From NCBI RefSeq assembly GCF_000142905.1, contig NW_013657640.1:247208-311207 (forward strand): DNA of 64,000 nucleotides. Reading direction: 5' to 3'. A model generated the notes under the pieces. The model ran no database searches. It was not told the DNA's origin and worked only from the letters and a program-made list of their open reading frames with translations. This document shows, one piece after another, positions 42,030-52,901 of this stretch. Every line of letters starts with the position of its first letter. Position 1 is the first letter of the stretch. The DNA is from Thecamonas trahens ATCC 50062 (taxonomy: Eukaryota; Protista; Apusomonadida). Made by a program: the position numbers and the translations under genes.

Positions 42030-42168
42030 TCGTGGTCGTGATCGTGGCCGTGATCGTGATCGTGGTCGTGGTCGTGATCGTGGCCGTGGCCGTGATCGTG
42101 ATCGTGATCGTGATTGTGATCGTGATTGTGATTGTGATTGTGATCGTGATCGTGATCGTGATCGTGAT
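42030..42168. repeat. (GTGATC/GTGATT/GTGGTC)n hexamer microsatellite
   Basis: Read directly, just upstream of the kinase start. Confidence 0.9.
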
Positions 42169-42498
42169 CACCCACCCTTGCGACCACAGAGAAAGCCAGG
42201 GAGGACAAGGATAGGGCAAGGACAGAGGGAAGATAGAGACGGAGGGAGAGAGAAAGAAGGAGAGAGGGAGAGGGAGAGGGAGAGGGAGAGGGAGGGGGAG
42301 GGGGAGGGGGGAGGGGGAGGCGGCGGGGTGGCGGGGTGGCTATGGCACAGGCGGCGGTCTTGTTCGCTGCGGTTTTGACCTGGCAGGACACCGGGCTCGT
42401 GGTCGACGGCGACTTCCTTCGCTGTCTTTCCTCCCTCCCCCCCCCCCCAAAACGAGGGAAACACAACACCGTCGACGAGCCCTCTTGGGCCCCCGCAC

Positions 42499-42598
42499 NN
42501 NNNNNNNNNNNNNNNNNNNNNNNNNNNNNNNNNNNNNNNNNNNNNNNNNNNNNNNNNNNNNNNNNNNNNNNNNNNNNNNNNNNNNNNNNNNNNNNNNN
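42499..42598. other. Assembly gap (100 Ns)
   Basis: N run followed by poly-C. Confidence 1.
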
Positions 42599-43231
42599 CC
42601 CCCCCCCCCCCCCCCCCTCTACCACCACCCAAGCAGAGCCTCTTCTAAAACCACACCCACAGTATGCCACCGCATCACCCGTTCCTCACTGTGTTCTTCG
42701 CCATTTGCTGCAGTGACAGCCCCTTTTCCCCCTCCTCCTTCCCCCCCCCCCCCTCCCCTCCCCAGTAGCTGTTCCTTTATGCGGAACGACTAGCGGCTTG
42801 GCCAGGCTGCGGACGCCAATGGGTGGGAATGGGTCAGGGGCCAGGGGGGGGGGGGGGAAGGGGGAAGGGGAACGGAAGGGAGAGGGGGGGGGGGCGAAGG
42901 GAGTATGTAGCTATGGTAAACGTACAGATACTGGAAGAGAGAGAGGGGGATAGGTGGGTGTGGGTGTGAGTACGGGGGTGGGCTTGGAGGGGGAGGGCGT
43001 GAGAGTCAAGGCTGCGAATGACTGTAGTGGGTGGAAGAATGGGAGGAGGGGAGGGGACGGGAGGGGGGGTGGGGGGTGACAGAAGTTTTTTTTTGTTTTT
43101 TTTTTCTGATTAGTTGGCAGCTACGGGTGACTACGTTGCGCAACGATGAGGGGGAACCACCCAACGGCTCGAGAGCTGGTGAGGAAGCGTGTCGACGGTG
43201 GGTGGCCATACTCCACGCCAAAGACAACAGA

Positions 43232-44137
43232 ATGTCGAGTGGAAGCCTCAACGGAACGCTCGAGATTACGGTTCATGCGGGGCGAGGGCTGATTGTGGCG
43301 GACTCGAGCTCGAGCGATCCGTATGTGGTGGTTCGTGCCGGCGGGCACAAGTTCAAGACGCCGACGGTCAAAGCGAGCTTGGAGCCGGTGTGGGAAGACG
43401 CGCGGGCGACGATTGGTCCGTTTTCTGCAGTTGATGAGGTGGAGATCCTGGTGTTTGACTGGGATCGGTTCGGGTCGAACGATGCGATGGGGTCGGCCAA
43501 GGTGAGCGGCGAGGAGCTCGTGTCCGAGGCCGAGTTCGACGCCTGGCTCGCGCTCGATCTTCCGGCCGACTACGACGGCGATGCCGACTCGGCGGGCGAG
43601 GTCCATGTCACGCTCAAGTTTACGGCGACGGTGGTGCCCGAGGACGAGATCCCGGTCGAGCTTCCGATCCTGGCCCAGGGCGAGAGTGCACCGCGGAGCC
43701 CCGATGAGGATGGCGAGCTCTTCCACGGGCCGCTCAAGCTCAAGATGATGCAGACGATGCTCAACGGCATCAATCTCCCGTTCCTCAACCATGAGCAGGA
43801 GAAGAAGCTCTACTACACGCTTATGTCTGCCGTCGGGCGCTTGATCCCCATGACAGCCCTCTCTTACGTCGTCCATCTCCCGTCTAAGATCGCCGACGAC
43901 CTCGTGCCTAACATCTTTTCCGCCGAGCTCAAGACCAGCGTCGTCTCCTCGTTCAACAAGATGTTTGACATCCCGTTTGTCGGCGAGGAGACCGAGCGCA
44001 AGATGTTTGCCAACGCGTACATCGCCGCAAAGGGCATTGTCCGGACAGACCCGGCCATCTTCTCGTGGTTCGTCGACTCGGTCAAGCACGTCTACAACGT
44101 CCGCCTCGGACGCGGAGAGGTCGATCCCAACGCGTAG
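43232..44137 (+). CDS. C2 domain protein with an uncharacterised C-terminal repeat
   Basis: GTLEITVHAGRGL..DSSSSDPYV..SLEPVW..VFDWDRFGSNDAMG, with Ca-binding Asp residues present. Confidence 0.88.
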   Translation: MSSGSLNGTLEITVHAGRGLIVADSSSSDPYVVVRAGGHKFKTPTVKASLEPVWEDARATIGPFSAVDEVEILVFDWDRFGSNDAMGSAKVSGEELVSEAEFDAWLALDLPADYDGDADSAGEVHVTLKFTATVVPEDEIPVELPILAQGESAPRSPDEDGELFHGPLKLKMMQTMLNGINLPFLNHEQEKKLYYTLMSAVGRLIPMTALSYVVHLPSKIADDLVPNIFSAELKTSVVSSFNKMFDIPFVGEETERKMFANAYIAAKGIVRTDPAIFSWFVDSVKHVYNVRLGRGEVDPNA

Positions 44138-44185
44138 GCAGCAACCAGTCGAGTCAGCAAGAACCTAGTGCTTACGCATCACACA

Positions 44186-45166
44186 TCAAACATCAAACAC
44201 CACAGCACGCCGCTCAAAGATAGGCGGCGCTGGACGCCGCGGGACTGGACGGCTCCGCGACGACGGCGGGACAATGCGCGACCGCGCCGACGCGACGACA
44301 AACCGCTGGTATGGGCTCAGCGTGGCCTTACGGTGCATCGTGGCATGAACAAGATCGTGGCGGAGTCGCGCAGCCTGCCCGGCAGCAATGGCGGCAGACT
44401 GTGTCCGCGTCCGTCGTGCGGCGTGCAGCGAGGCCGCGGCTCCGGCGCTGTCAAAGATGGCAGCCGGCCGCGGCGTGTGCCGGAGCGCGGCGCGATCGCT
44501 TGCTGACAGCGCGCGATCGAGGACGAGATCGTGCCCGGCAGGCGCATAACCAAGTGGCGGCGGCGGGAGCGGCGCCGATGGCGGCGGACTGGCAATGACA
44601 CGCGGCGGGCTGGCGGGCTGGCCATCCATCGGCGCAACCACCGCCGTCCGCCTCAGTGGCGGCACCTGGCGGCGAGATGTGTGCCGAGCGGATGAAGGAC
44701 TGAGGTGGCGGGCGGAGCAGGTGCCATCAGCATTGGCCGCAGCAAAGAGCCCCACAGGACGAAGCGCCGGAGCAGGAGGCATGTGCTCAAGGCGAGTGTG
44801 CTCGACCGTCCCGGCCTCCAGATTGTCAAGCGCCATCTCGAGCGACTCGGCCAGGGCAGCGTTCTCAGCCTCGAGGGCGGCAGCATCGATAGAAGTGGCT
44901 TGCGGCGAGGGGCGCCAAGGCAATGGCGGCGTGAGAAGCGATGAATGGACGAGTGAGAGCGGGATAAAGCCAAGCTCTGCAGCAGAGGCGAGGGCATGGA
45001 GCGCCGGAGCGGCAAGCGAGGCATTGAGCGACGAGTCGAGGGCGTCGAGCATGGGCGAGAGGAGCGACTCGAGGAGGACGAGGTCATCAGGCTCAAGACC
45101 AGGTGTCTGGGTTGCGGTCACAAGGTGGGCTGTGAGCGCGTCCACTGCCGCACGGAGCGCCTCCAT
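44186..45166 (-). CDS. Hypothetical protein with a short coiled coil
   Basis: 326-codon ORF from MEALRAAV with typical codon usage; LEAENAALAESLE. Confidence 0.6.
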   Translation of the reverse strand: MEALRAAVDALTAHLVTATQTPGLEPDDLVLLESLLSPMLDALDSSLNASLAAPALHALASAAELGFIPLSLVHSSLLTPPLPWRPSPQATSIDAAALEAENAALAESLEMALDNLEAGTVEHTRLEHMPPAPALRPVGLFAAANADGTCSARHLSPSSARHTSRRQVPPLRRTAVVAPMDGQPASPPRVIASPPPSAPLPPPPLGYAPAGHDLVLDRALSASDRAALRHTPRPAAIFDSAGAAASLHAARRTRTQSAAIAAGQAARLRHDLVHATMHRKATLSPYQRFVVASARSRIVPPSSRSRPVPRRPAPPIFERRAVVFDV

Positions 45167-45467
45167 GGAGAGGCGGGGGGGGGGGGGTGCGAGGAGTGTG
45201 AGCGAGTGAGGTGTGGCAGTTGGCGAGGTTTCTCTCGATTGTTCATTGCAGGCAGAGGGGGGGTTCTTGAGAAAGAACCATGGGTAAAGGGGGGTGGGTG
45301 CCTCCCTTGGAAGCCGGAAGCGCATGCGCACACGCACAGCGCTTTTGGCCGGCTCCTGCACCCTCTCCTGGACTGGCTGACGAGGGAACAGAGTGCGGAC
45401 GAACGAGAGTACAAGGAAGGGGGGGGGGGGGGGCGCCCGGCTCCCAAAGGGAAAGACAAAGAGGCGC

Positions 45468-46160
45468 TTACGCGCGCTCGCCACGAATGCGCCGGGCCAG
45501 GGAGAGGTCCTTGACCATGATGGTCACACGCTTGGCATGGATCTGTGGGTGCAGGCGGGTGAGTAGCGTGGTAGTGGCGTGGTAGGGCGGGTGGGGGGTG
45601 GGGGGTGATCAATAAAAATTGTATAGCCAATGGCAGAAAGTCCGCCACCTCTGGCTCGTTTTCGTCGGTGGCCGCAGACAAAGCGACCACTTTGGGCGGT
45701 GGCAAACGGCGGCGGGTTTGGCGAGCGGGAAAGACGGGCGAAAAAAGGTTTGGAACACACGGGAGCGAAGCGGGGAGGGGGGGAACACAGGAGGGAGAGG
45801 GGACGGGTGGGGGCGACGTACGGCGCAGAGGTTGGTGTCCTCAAAGATGGAAACAAGGTAGGCCTCGGTAGCCTCCTGGAGGGCGGCAATGGCGGAGGAC
45901 TGGAAGCGCAGATCGGCCTTGAACTCCTGGGCGAGCTCACGGACAAGGCGCTGGAAGGGCAGGCGCCGGATGAGGAGCTCGGTCGACTTCTGGTACTTCC
46001 GGATCTCACGGAGGGCGACGGTACCCGGGCGGTAGCGGTGGGCCTTCTTGACGCCGCCGGTGGCCGGCGCCGACTTGCGGGCGGCCTTGGTGGCGAGCGA
46101 CTTGCGCGGTGCCTTGGCACCGGTGGCGGACTTGCGGGCGGTCTGCTTGGTACGAGCCAT
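45468..46160 (-). CDS. H3: Histone H3 variant (137 aa); exons 46160-45822 and 45542-45468
   Basis: [10 protein letters not shown]...EDTNLCA joined through a GTACGT...CACAG intron to [24 protein letters not shown]. Confidence 0.97.
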
Positions 46161-46572
46161 GTTTCTCGAGAAAAGTGTGACGACTGTATTCTGCGACGTC
46201 GCTGGTCGCCACCAGCGCCAAGTCGCCAACCGCTTTGCGCAAATGTGCCAATTTTTGTCCACACGACCACGCCGACGCGGCCCACTCTTATCCGGCGCCT
46301 GGTTCGCGCCGTACGTGGTGTAGAGGCCCCCCTGATGGTGGTAGGGGGCTGGAGAAGAGCGTCGATGAGGTTGTAGGCGTGGGGAATTGTTTGATGGTAG
46401 TGTAGATGGGGCAGACGGGCGTGCGTGATAGAGGTGCCGGGCAGACGCTCGACGTTCAACTGGCTTCCACCACTTTAGCTCGGATGGAAGGCCGGATGGA
46501 TGACGGTGTTCGATCTGGTTCGACGGCTTCAATTGGCAGAACCAAGGGGGTGGGGAGTTGCTCGGGTGAACA

Positions 46573-47241
46573 TCACGAGTCGAGCCAGAGCGCATCGGCA
46601 GAAGCAGCCGCGCCTACAGCGTGGGCAACGGCAGCGGCAATGTCTGCGACGGGAGCCATGGCGCCGACGCCAGTGTCGCCGCAAGCGAGGAGCTTTGAGA
46701 CGGGCGCGATGGTGAGGATGCCCCAAGACTCGATGGTGGCCATGTGTGTGGCGGTGACTGGGTGCTTCCACATGGCGGTGTTCATGGCCGGAGCCACAAC
46801 CATGAGCTTCTCCGACTGAGCCATGTCCCATGCCCGTGCCACGCAGGTGAGCAAGTTGTCGGCGAGGCCGAGGGCGAGCTTGGCGAGCGAGTTGGCCGAG
46901 AGCGGCGCAATGACAAAGATATCGGCCCACTTGCGGAGCTCGATGTGGACGACCGGGTCGCCCTTGCCTCGCCACGCCGACCACTCGAGCTCGTCCGGCA
47001 CAAAGACGACGCCCTCGGGAAGTTGGTCAACGTCGACAAAGTGTTGCGCGGCTGCGGTTGCCACCACGGCAATGACCGCATCCTCGCCTACAGCCCCGCG
47101 CGTCGCCCTCATCAGCTCGTAGGCTTTGATCGTCGCCACAGAGCCGGTGAGCCCAATGAGGACGTGGTACTTGCCATCGTTTGCATCCAGTCTACTCAGC
47201 GGATCCATGTACTCGCTCGGGCTTTCATCGGCAAGCGCCAT
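46573..47241 (-). CDS. PPCDC: Phosphopantothenoylcysteine decarboxylase (HAL3/CoaC flavoprotein)
   Basis: [48 protein letters not shown]. Confidence 0.95.
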   Translation of the reverse strand: MALADESPSEYMDPLSRLDANDGKYHVLIGLTGSVATIKAYELMRATRGAVGEDAVIAVVATAAAQHFVDVDQLPEGVVFVPDELEWSAWRGKGDPVVHIELRKWADIFVIAPLSANSLAKLALGLADNLLTCVARAWDMAQSEKLMVVAPAMNTAMWKHPVTATHMATIESWGILTIAPVSKLLACGDTGVGAMAPVADIAAAVAHAVGAAASADALWLDS

Positions 47242-47336
47242 CGTACTCGTACGCGCTATGGCTGTGGAGGGCCGAGACGAGTGTGGCAAGGCTGCTCTGC
47301 CTGCTTTACGCCATCCGATCAGGCGAGTGGAGCCCA

Positions 47337-49262
47337 TCACGCTGCAGGTGCGATGACGGCGGCGGCGACGGCGTTGGCGGCAGCGGCGGCAACCCAGCAT
47401 GATGGCGTGTACACCGAGTGGGCGGCACGGAGCGCGATGAGATCGGTCGGACAGTACCAGGTCCCGTTGTAGGTCGCCGACGACGGCGCGGCGTCGGTCA
47501 TGGCAAAGTAGTCGACAAGCGTGCTGGCGGCACGCTTTGCCTGGATCAGCTCGACAACGGCGGCGTTGGCACGGGCGACGGCTGCCGGCGACCGCCACGC
47601 CGCCCAGTTGGCGGCCGATGGCGAGACCGGCGCCGCCTCTGGGTTATCCCACACCCATCGCCCGGCACGGCGGCCATGCGGATCGGAAATGCGGTGGAGG
47701 ACACCCGAGCTGTCGGCCTCGGCGAGGCCAATAAAGCGGCGGACCACGCCTTGCGCTGGGGTGCACGCGCACGAGCTTGGCTCTCTTCCGCGACACACGC
47801 ATTCGTCCGGGAACGGCGTCTCGGCCGCAGCCTTGAGTCGGATCCGCGGCGCGAGGACGACAACAAGCTTGCCGCGCCACTCGGAGATGGCGTCGAGGAA
47901 CGTCGCCAGCTTGTCGACGTCCTGCCCGACATCGACGCACACGACAGCAGCGCGGGTCTCGGGCTCCGCAGCCAGCGCGGCGGCCAGTTCGGAAAGCGAG
48001 GCCAGCGGGCGAGTGGCCTGCTCGGCAAGCTCGTTGTAGCCATAGTCGACGAGCTCCGCCGTCGGCAGCACATGTCGCCAGTGGTAGAGGCCCGGGGCGG
48101 CCTTGAGCCGCCCGTAGACCTCATCGATCTCACGGCCGTCGGGCGGAACCAGCCGCGGGGCGTGGAGATCCAATAGGGCACAGACGCCGGCGCCGTCGCC
48201 GACCATCGGCACCAGGCGGCCGTCGAGGACAGCCGAAAGCTCGGCGCTAGACACGTGCTTCCGGCGCGAGCACGCCGGCGAGAACCACGCCATCGTTGCC
48301 TCGCCAACCACCTCGTCGTGGCCGAGCATCCGCGGCGGGAGCCACCATCCCGCGCGCTCGGCCTCGTCACTGCTTCCGGTGCAGTCCGGGAGCGCAGTGA
48401 GACTGGTGTACGCGGGCGCCGCCACATGAAGGGCGCCGAGGATAAAGCCGAACGGCGTATTGAGCGGTGTTGCTCCGTTGGCGCTTACCAGCGTCGCCTC
48501 GAGCGCGAACACGCCGCGGACCGGCGGGAGGTAGAGCACAGCGTCAAAGACTCCGCATTGAGCGGTGCGCTCCTCGATGGAGATCGGCGCAAACCGTGCC
48601 GGATACGTAGCCGAGAAGACCATGCCGACCTCAGCGCCACACGCCGCCGGCTCTCCCTCGCGCGCCTCTAACCGAACCACAAGCGAGATCCGGCCGTGCG
48701 GATCAGCCTCCAGCACCTCCCGAGCCCCGTCCACGCACAGCCTGTACCGCGTCCTGCTGCCATGCTCGCCCGTCGCTTCCGAGCACCCGAGTGTGTGCCA
48801 GTTGGCGCCGGGATAGCTCCACGGCCCGCCTCCCGCATCGTCCGCCAACTTGCCATCTTCCTCGCCAGCTGCCCTCGTGTTTGCCACAAACGCACGCACA
48901 TCAGCCGCAAAGGACGCCATGCCATCAGTCAGCTCGGCGTCGGCGACAGGCTCTGCATAAGGCGAAGAGTCCGACAGGACGTTGGCCGCTGCATGGGGCG
49001 GCGAACTGTGCGGAGGCGAATTGTGCGATGTTGGCGTGGGTGTGGGCGTGGGCGTGGGCGTGGGCGTGGGCGCATGACCAGCTCCTGCTCCAGATCCTGT
49101 TGTCATGGCGGCCTTTCCGCCAGAGTGTGGCAGCTCGGACAAGTCGATCTCCCTCTCGCCCAGCATGATTGAGTAGCCAAAGATGAGGACGACCATGGCA
49201 CCTGCCGCAGCCACCACCCTCCGGTACATGACCTTCCGATACACCACTCCGTCCTGCCGCAT
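47337..49262 (-). CDS. Type II membrane protein, NXPE/TBL (PC-esterase, SGNH-like) with degenerate motifs
   Basis: N-terminal TM anchor, (PT)n stem, Ig-like region, then WFSPAC...LDGRLVPMVGDG and DYFAMT. Confidence 0.6.
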   Translation of the reverse strand: MRQDGVVYRKVMYRRVVAAAGAMVVLIFGYSIMLGEREIDLSELPHSGGKAAMTTGSGAGAGHAPTPTPTPTPTPTPTSHNSPPHSSPPHAAANVLSDSSPYAEPVADAELTDGMASFAADVRAFVANTRAAGEEDGKLADDAGGGPWSYPGANWHTLGCSEATGEHGSRTRYRLCVDGAREVLEADPHGRISLVVRLEAREGEPAACGAEVGMVFSATYPARFAPISIEERTAQCGVFDAVLYLPPVRGVFALEATLVSANGATPLNTPFGFILGALHVAAPAYTSLTALPDCTGSSDEAERAGWWLPPRMLGHDEVVGEATMAWFSPACSRRKHVSSAELSAVLDGRLVPMVGDGAGVCALLDLHAPRLVPPDGREIDEVYGRLKAAPGLYHWRHVLPTAELVDYGYNELAEQATRPLASLSELAAALAAEPETRAAVVCVDVGQDVDKLATFLDAISEWRGKLVVVLAPRIRLKAAAETPFPDECVCRGREPSSCACTPAQGVVRRFIGLAEADSSGVLHRISDPHGRRAGRWVWDNPEAAPVSPSAANWAAWRSPAAVARANAAVVELIQAKRAASTLVDYFAMTDAAPSSATYNGTWYCPTDLIALRAAHSVYTPSCWVAAAAANAVAAAVIAPAA

Positions 49263-49856
49263 GCTCGCCCTCCTCGCACCGCGCCTCGACGTAACCCGCA
49301 GAGTCGAGTCTGTTCCGCAGGCAAGTCCGTGAGCAACCGTGAGCAGCAGCCTGCCGAGGTGATGACAGCCGAGACGTCACCCGTGGCGAATTTCTCGGCA
49401 GATGCCACGGCAGACTCTGTCCTCTCCATGCCGCCTTGCCATCACCACCAAGCCACCCAACCACCCAACCACCCACCCAACCACCCACCCATCCACCTGC
49501 CAGCTAACACCACCACCCATCCACATCCTCATACTGCACTACCGCGCTGCGTCGTTTGTCTCGGCGCGCTCTCCTCCCACCTTTCATTCCTCCACTCCAC
49601 CCCGGCAAAGACAAAAATATAATAAAAAAGTTACACCCCACCTCACCCCCCCCCCCCCCCCCCCCCCCCCCCACTTTACCTAACTGCCCCCCCCCCCCCT
49701 TGCCAATCCCGGCTGACAAGCTACGGGCCTCGGCCAGCCGCGGGCAGATGGCAAGGAGCAAGAGCGGGAGCGGCTGCCCACCCACCCGACCCCAGCCGAG
49801 CCCAAGGCCTCCCAGGTGGGCGCGAGGCAAAGCAGTTGCCAACGGGAGTGGGTGGC

Positions 49857-49959
49857 ATGGGACGGGGGAAGCGCAAGGGCGGTAGGGAGACGTCATCGTC
49901 GTCGTCGTCGTCGTCGGCAAGCAGCAGCAGCAACAGCAGCAGTAGCAGCAGCAGCAGTA

Positions 49960-49990
<31 letters not shown>

Positions 49991-52882
49991 TGTCACAAGG
50001 TTGAAGAGGAGGCACAGCAGCAGGAAGGAGAAGAAAGGCAGGAGGAGGAAGGCAAGGTCAAAGACAAGGTCACAGACACAGTCACGGTCAAGGTCGAGTT
50101 CAAGGTCGACGGCCAGAGCTCATGCGAGTGGCGCAAACAACTTGGACAGTCTTGCGAGCACTCGGTCTTTTTCTGTTGCTTCGTCAAGAGCCTCTGCCGC
50201 CAAAAGCAGCCGAAAGGCAGCAAAGGGCGCCAAGGAGGGCAAGGGTGGGAAGAAGGACAAGAAGAAGTCAAAGGCTTCGGCTGCTGCTGCGCCAACGGCG
50301 GCAAACACGACGATGACCACGGCGAGTGAGAGATCAAGATCTCGTTCGAGGTCAAGGTCGACAAGGCCGTCGGGACGGAGGTCGAGAGCCACACGATCCG
50401 GCAAGTCAGGCAAGTCGGGCAAGTCGGGCAAGTCGGGCAAGTCGCGCACGTCGGGCAAGTCGCGCAAGCCGCATAGGTCGGGACGGCGACGGAGGCGGTC
50501 GAGGACTGCGTTCACTGGCTCGGCGTCGGTAGCACAGTCACCACCGCCGCGACTCGCGCCGGCTCCGCTGCCGGCTCCGCTGCCGTCAGTGTCATCGTCA
50601 TCGTCTTCATCGCAGTCGCAGTCGCGGCCGCGGTCGCAGTCGCGGTCGCGGTCGCGGTCGCAGTCGCGGTCGCAGTCGAGCGGGAGCAGCTCTCACTCGG
50701 GGTCGGAAGACAGAGCAACGGCGCCAGTCCTCGAGTCGTTCTCGGATCTCCCGGAGGAGCTCATTGTCTCGCGGAAGGAGCTCAAGGGCAAAAAGGTGGT
50801 CGGCTCAGGCTCGTTCGGCAAGGTATACAAGGCGACGTTCCGCGGCAAGCCGGTGGCGTACAAGGTGCCCAAGGGGACCAAGGAGGACCTGGCCGACCTC
50901 AAGAAGAGGTCATGCTGGTCACCTTCCTCAACCACCGCAACATCATCTCGATCTACGGGGTGGTGCAGGACAAGTCGTCGGTCGGGGTGATCATGGAGTA
51001 CTGCCCGACCGATCTCGAGGCAGCACAGGCCTCGCTTGCTCCGCTCGCCATCCTCAAGGTTGCACACGGCATCTGCTCCGGCATGGCCTACCTTCACTCG
51101 CTCAGGATCATCCACCGTGATCTCAAGTCGGCCAACATCCTGCTCGACGTCGACGGTGACGTCCGCATCATCGATTTTGGCCTCTCGCGCCTCCTTCCCT
51201 CGCAGCCCGAGGAGATGACGCTCGGCACCGGCTCGCCGGACTTTATGGCGCCCGAGATGAAGACTGTCTCGCAGCGGATGCGCGACGCCGAGGCTGTCGA
51301 GGCCGCGGCCTCGACAGCCTCGGCCGACGAGACCGGCGAGACCCGTGGCGCGTCGGCGTCGTCGTCGTACTCACCACCGCCGCCGTCGCCGTCGCCCGAC
51401 GCGCCGCCGTCGCCGCTCCCGGCATCGGCCTCGCACTCCTCCGACGCGCACCCGTCGGAGACCGAGCTCACCCCCGTGCCCGACGAGGCGTCCTCGGGCA
51501 AAAAGTCGTGGTTCCGCCGCTGGCGCTCGAACAAGAGCGCGTCGCCAGAGTCGTCAGCGGCGTCGCCCTCGTTTGCCGCCGCCGATCTCCCGCCCAAGGC
51601 CGCCACGCCCGATGCGGTCCGGTCAACCACGTCTTTTCCTGCGCCGCGCATTGTCCGCTCGGCCACAAACTCGTCGTCGTCGCGCGGCAGCGAGTCAGAC
51701 GCCGGCGGCGGCGGCACCGCCCGCCGTCGTACCCGCTCGCGCGCTCGCTCGCTGTCAAAGTCCGGTCGGCCCGGCCGTACCCGCTCGAGGTCGCGGACCT
51801 CCAAGGGCAACAGGCTCGCACCGCTGGCGGCGGCGGCGTCAGGCTCGTCGTCGTCGTCGTCACATGCTGGCAAGGCCAACCATGCGTCGCGATCCCGGAG
51901 CCGAAAGGCCAAGCAGCGGCGCCCAAGCCGGACCCACAAAGGCAAGCGGGCACGCCGCGGCGTCGGCGGCACCGCCTCGGCTTTGTACCCGGGGCACATG
52001 CCGGCGGCGCGCCGTGGACACGGCTCGGTCTCATACTCGCGTCCGCGGGCCTCGGTCCGCGACCTCCTCAAGCCATCGACAGGCTACGGCCTTGCGGTCG
52101 ACGTCTACGCCTTTGGCAAAGTGCTGGAGGAGATGGCCGCGGCAAACCGGTCGGCGCCGCGGGCGCTGCTCAAGATTGCCGAGCGGTGCCTCAACCCCAA
52201 GCCCGAGGCACGCCCCTCGTTTGACCGTCTCGAGCCCATGCTCCTCGCCCTCATCCACAAGATCTCGCCGGCCAACTCACACCCGTCGTTAGCGTCGGCA
52301 GACTCGGGCTCGGGCTCGGGCGACGGTCCGCCGTCGCTCCGCCTTCGCCCCTCGCGCCTCCAGCCAGGCTCCCGCCGCCGCTCCATGTCGCCCTCGGCCG
52401 CCAGACGCCACGTCTCGGCCGCCCGCCGTACCCGGCAGCTCACCGCCATCTCATCGGCGTCGGAGGAGTCGACCTCGTCGCACGCTGCGGCATCGGGCAC
52501 AAACTCGGGCGCAAACTCGGGCTCGGACTCAGGCTCGTCGTCGTCGACCGCCATCTCGCCGCCGCGCCCTCTCCACACCATCCGCAAGAAGCGCGCCGCG
52601 ACCGCGTCGGCCACCACGCTGGCCTCGGTCTCGCGATCAGTCTCATCGCGCCGGCCGGTCCCTTCTCGCCGCCGCTCGCGCTCACGATCCAAAGAAGCGA
52701 CTCCTCCGCCAGACCACGTAGCGACGCGCACGACCCGGTCACGCTCGACCGCCCGCCGCCGCTCGCAAATCCGCAAGCGCTCGCGCTCAAAGTCCAAGAA
52801 CTCGCGCTCGCCCGCCCGCTCGCTCGCCGATCTCGGCTCCGGCTCGATCACGTCCGACTCGTTTGGTTCGGCCACAGGATAA
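49857..52882 (+). CDS. Tyrosine-kinase-like (TKL) protein kinase with Ser/Arg-rich extensions; -1 frameshift near 50905
   Basis: GSGSFGKVY and VAYK in ORF 49836; alphaC Glu, HRNII, HRDLKSAN, DFG, MAPE, DVYAFG and RPSF in the frame of ORF 50912. Confidence 0.88.
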
Positions 52883-52901
52883 AGACCATCCACCCACGCC
52901 G

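Noticed and set aside
45609-45821. Histone H3 with an aberrant C-terminus or long N-terminal extension (CENP-A-like)
   Set aside because: An intron explains the C-terminus. The true start is MARTK at 46160 and loop 1 has canonical length.
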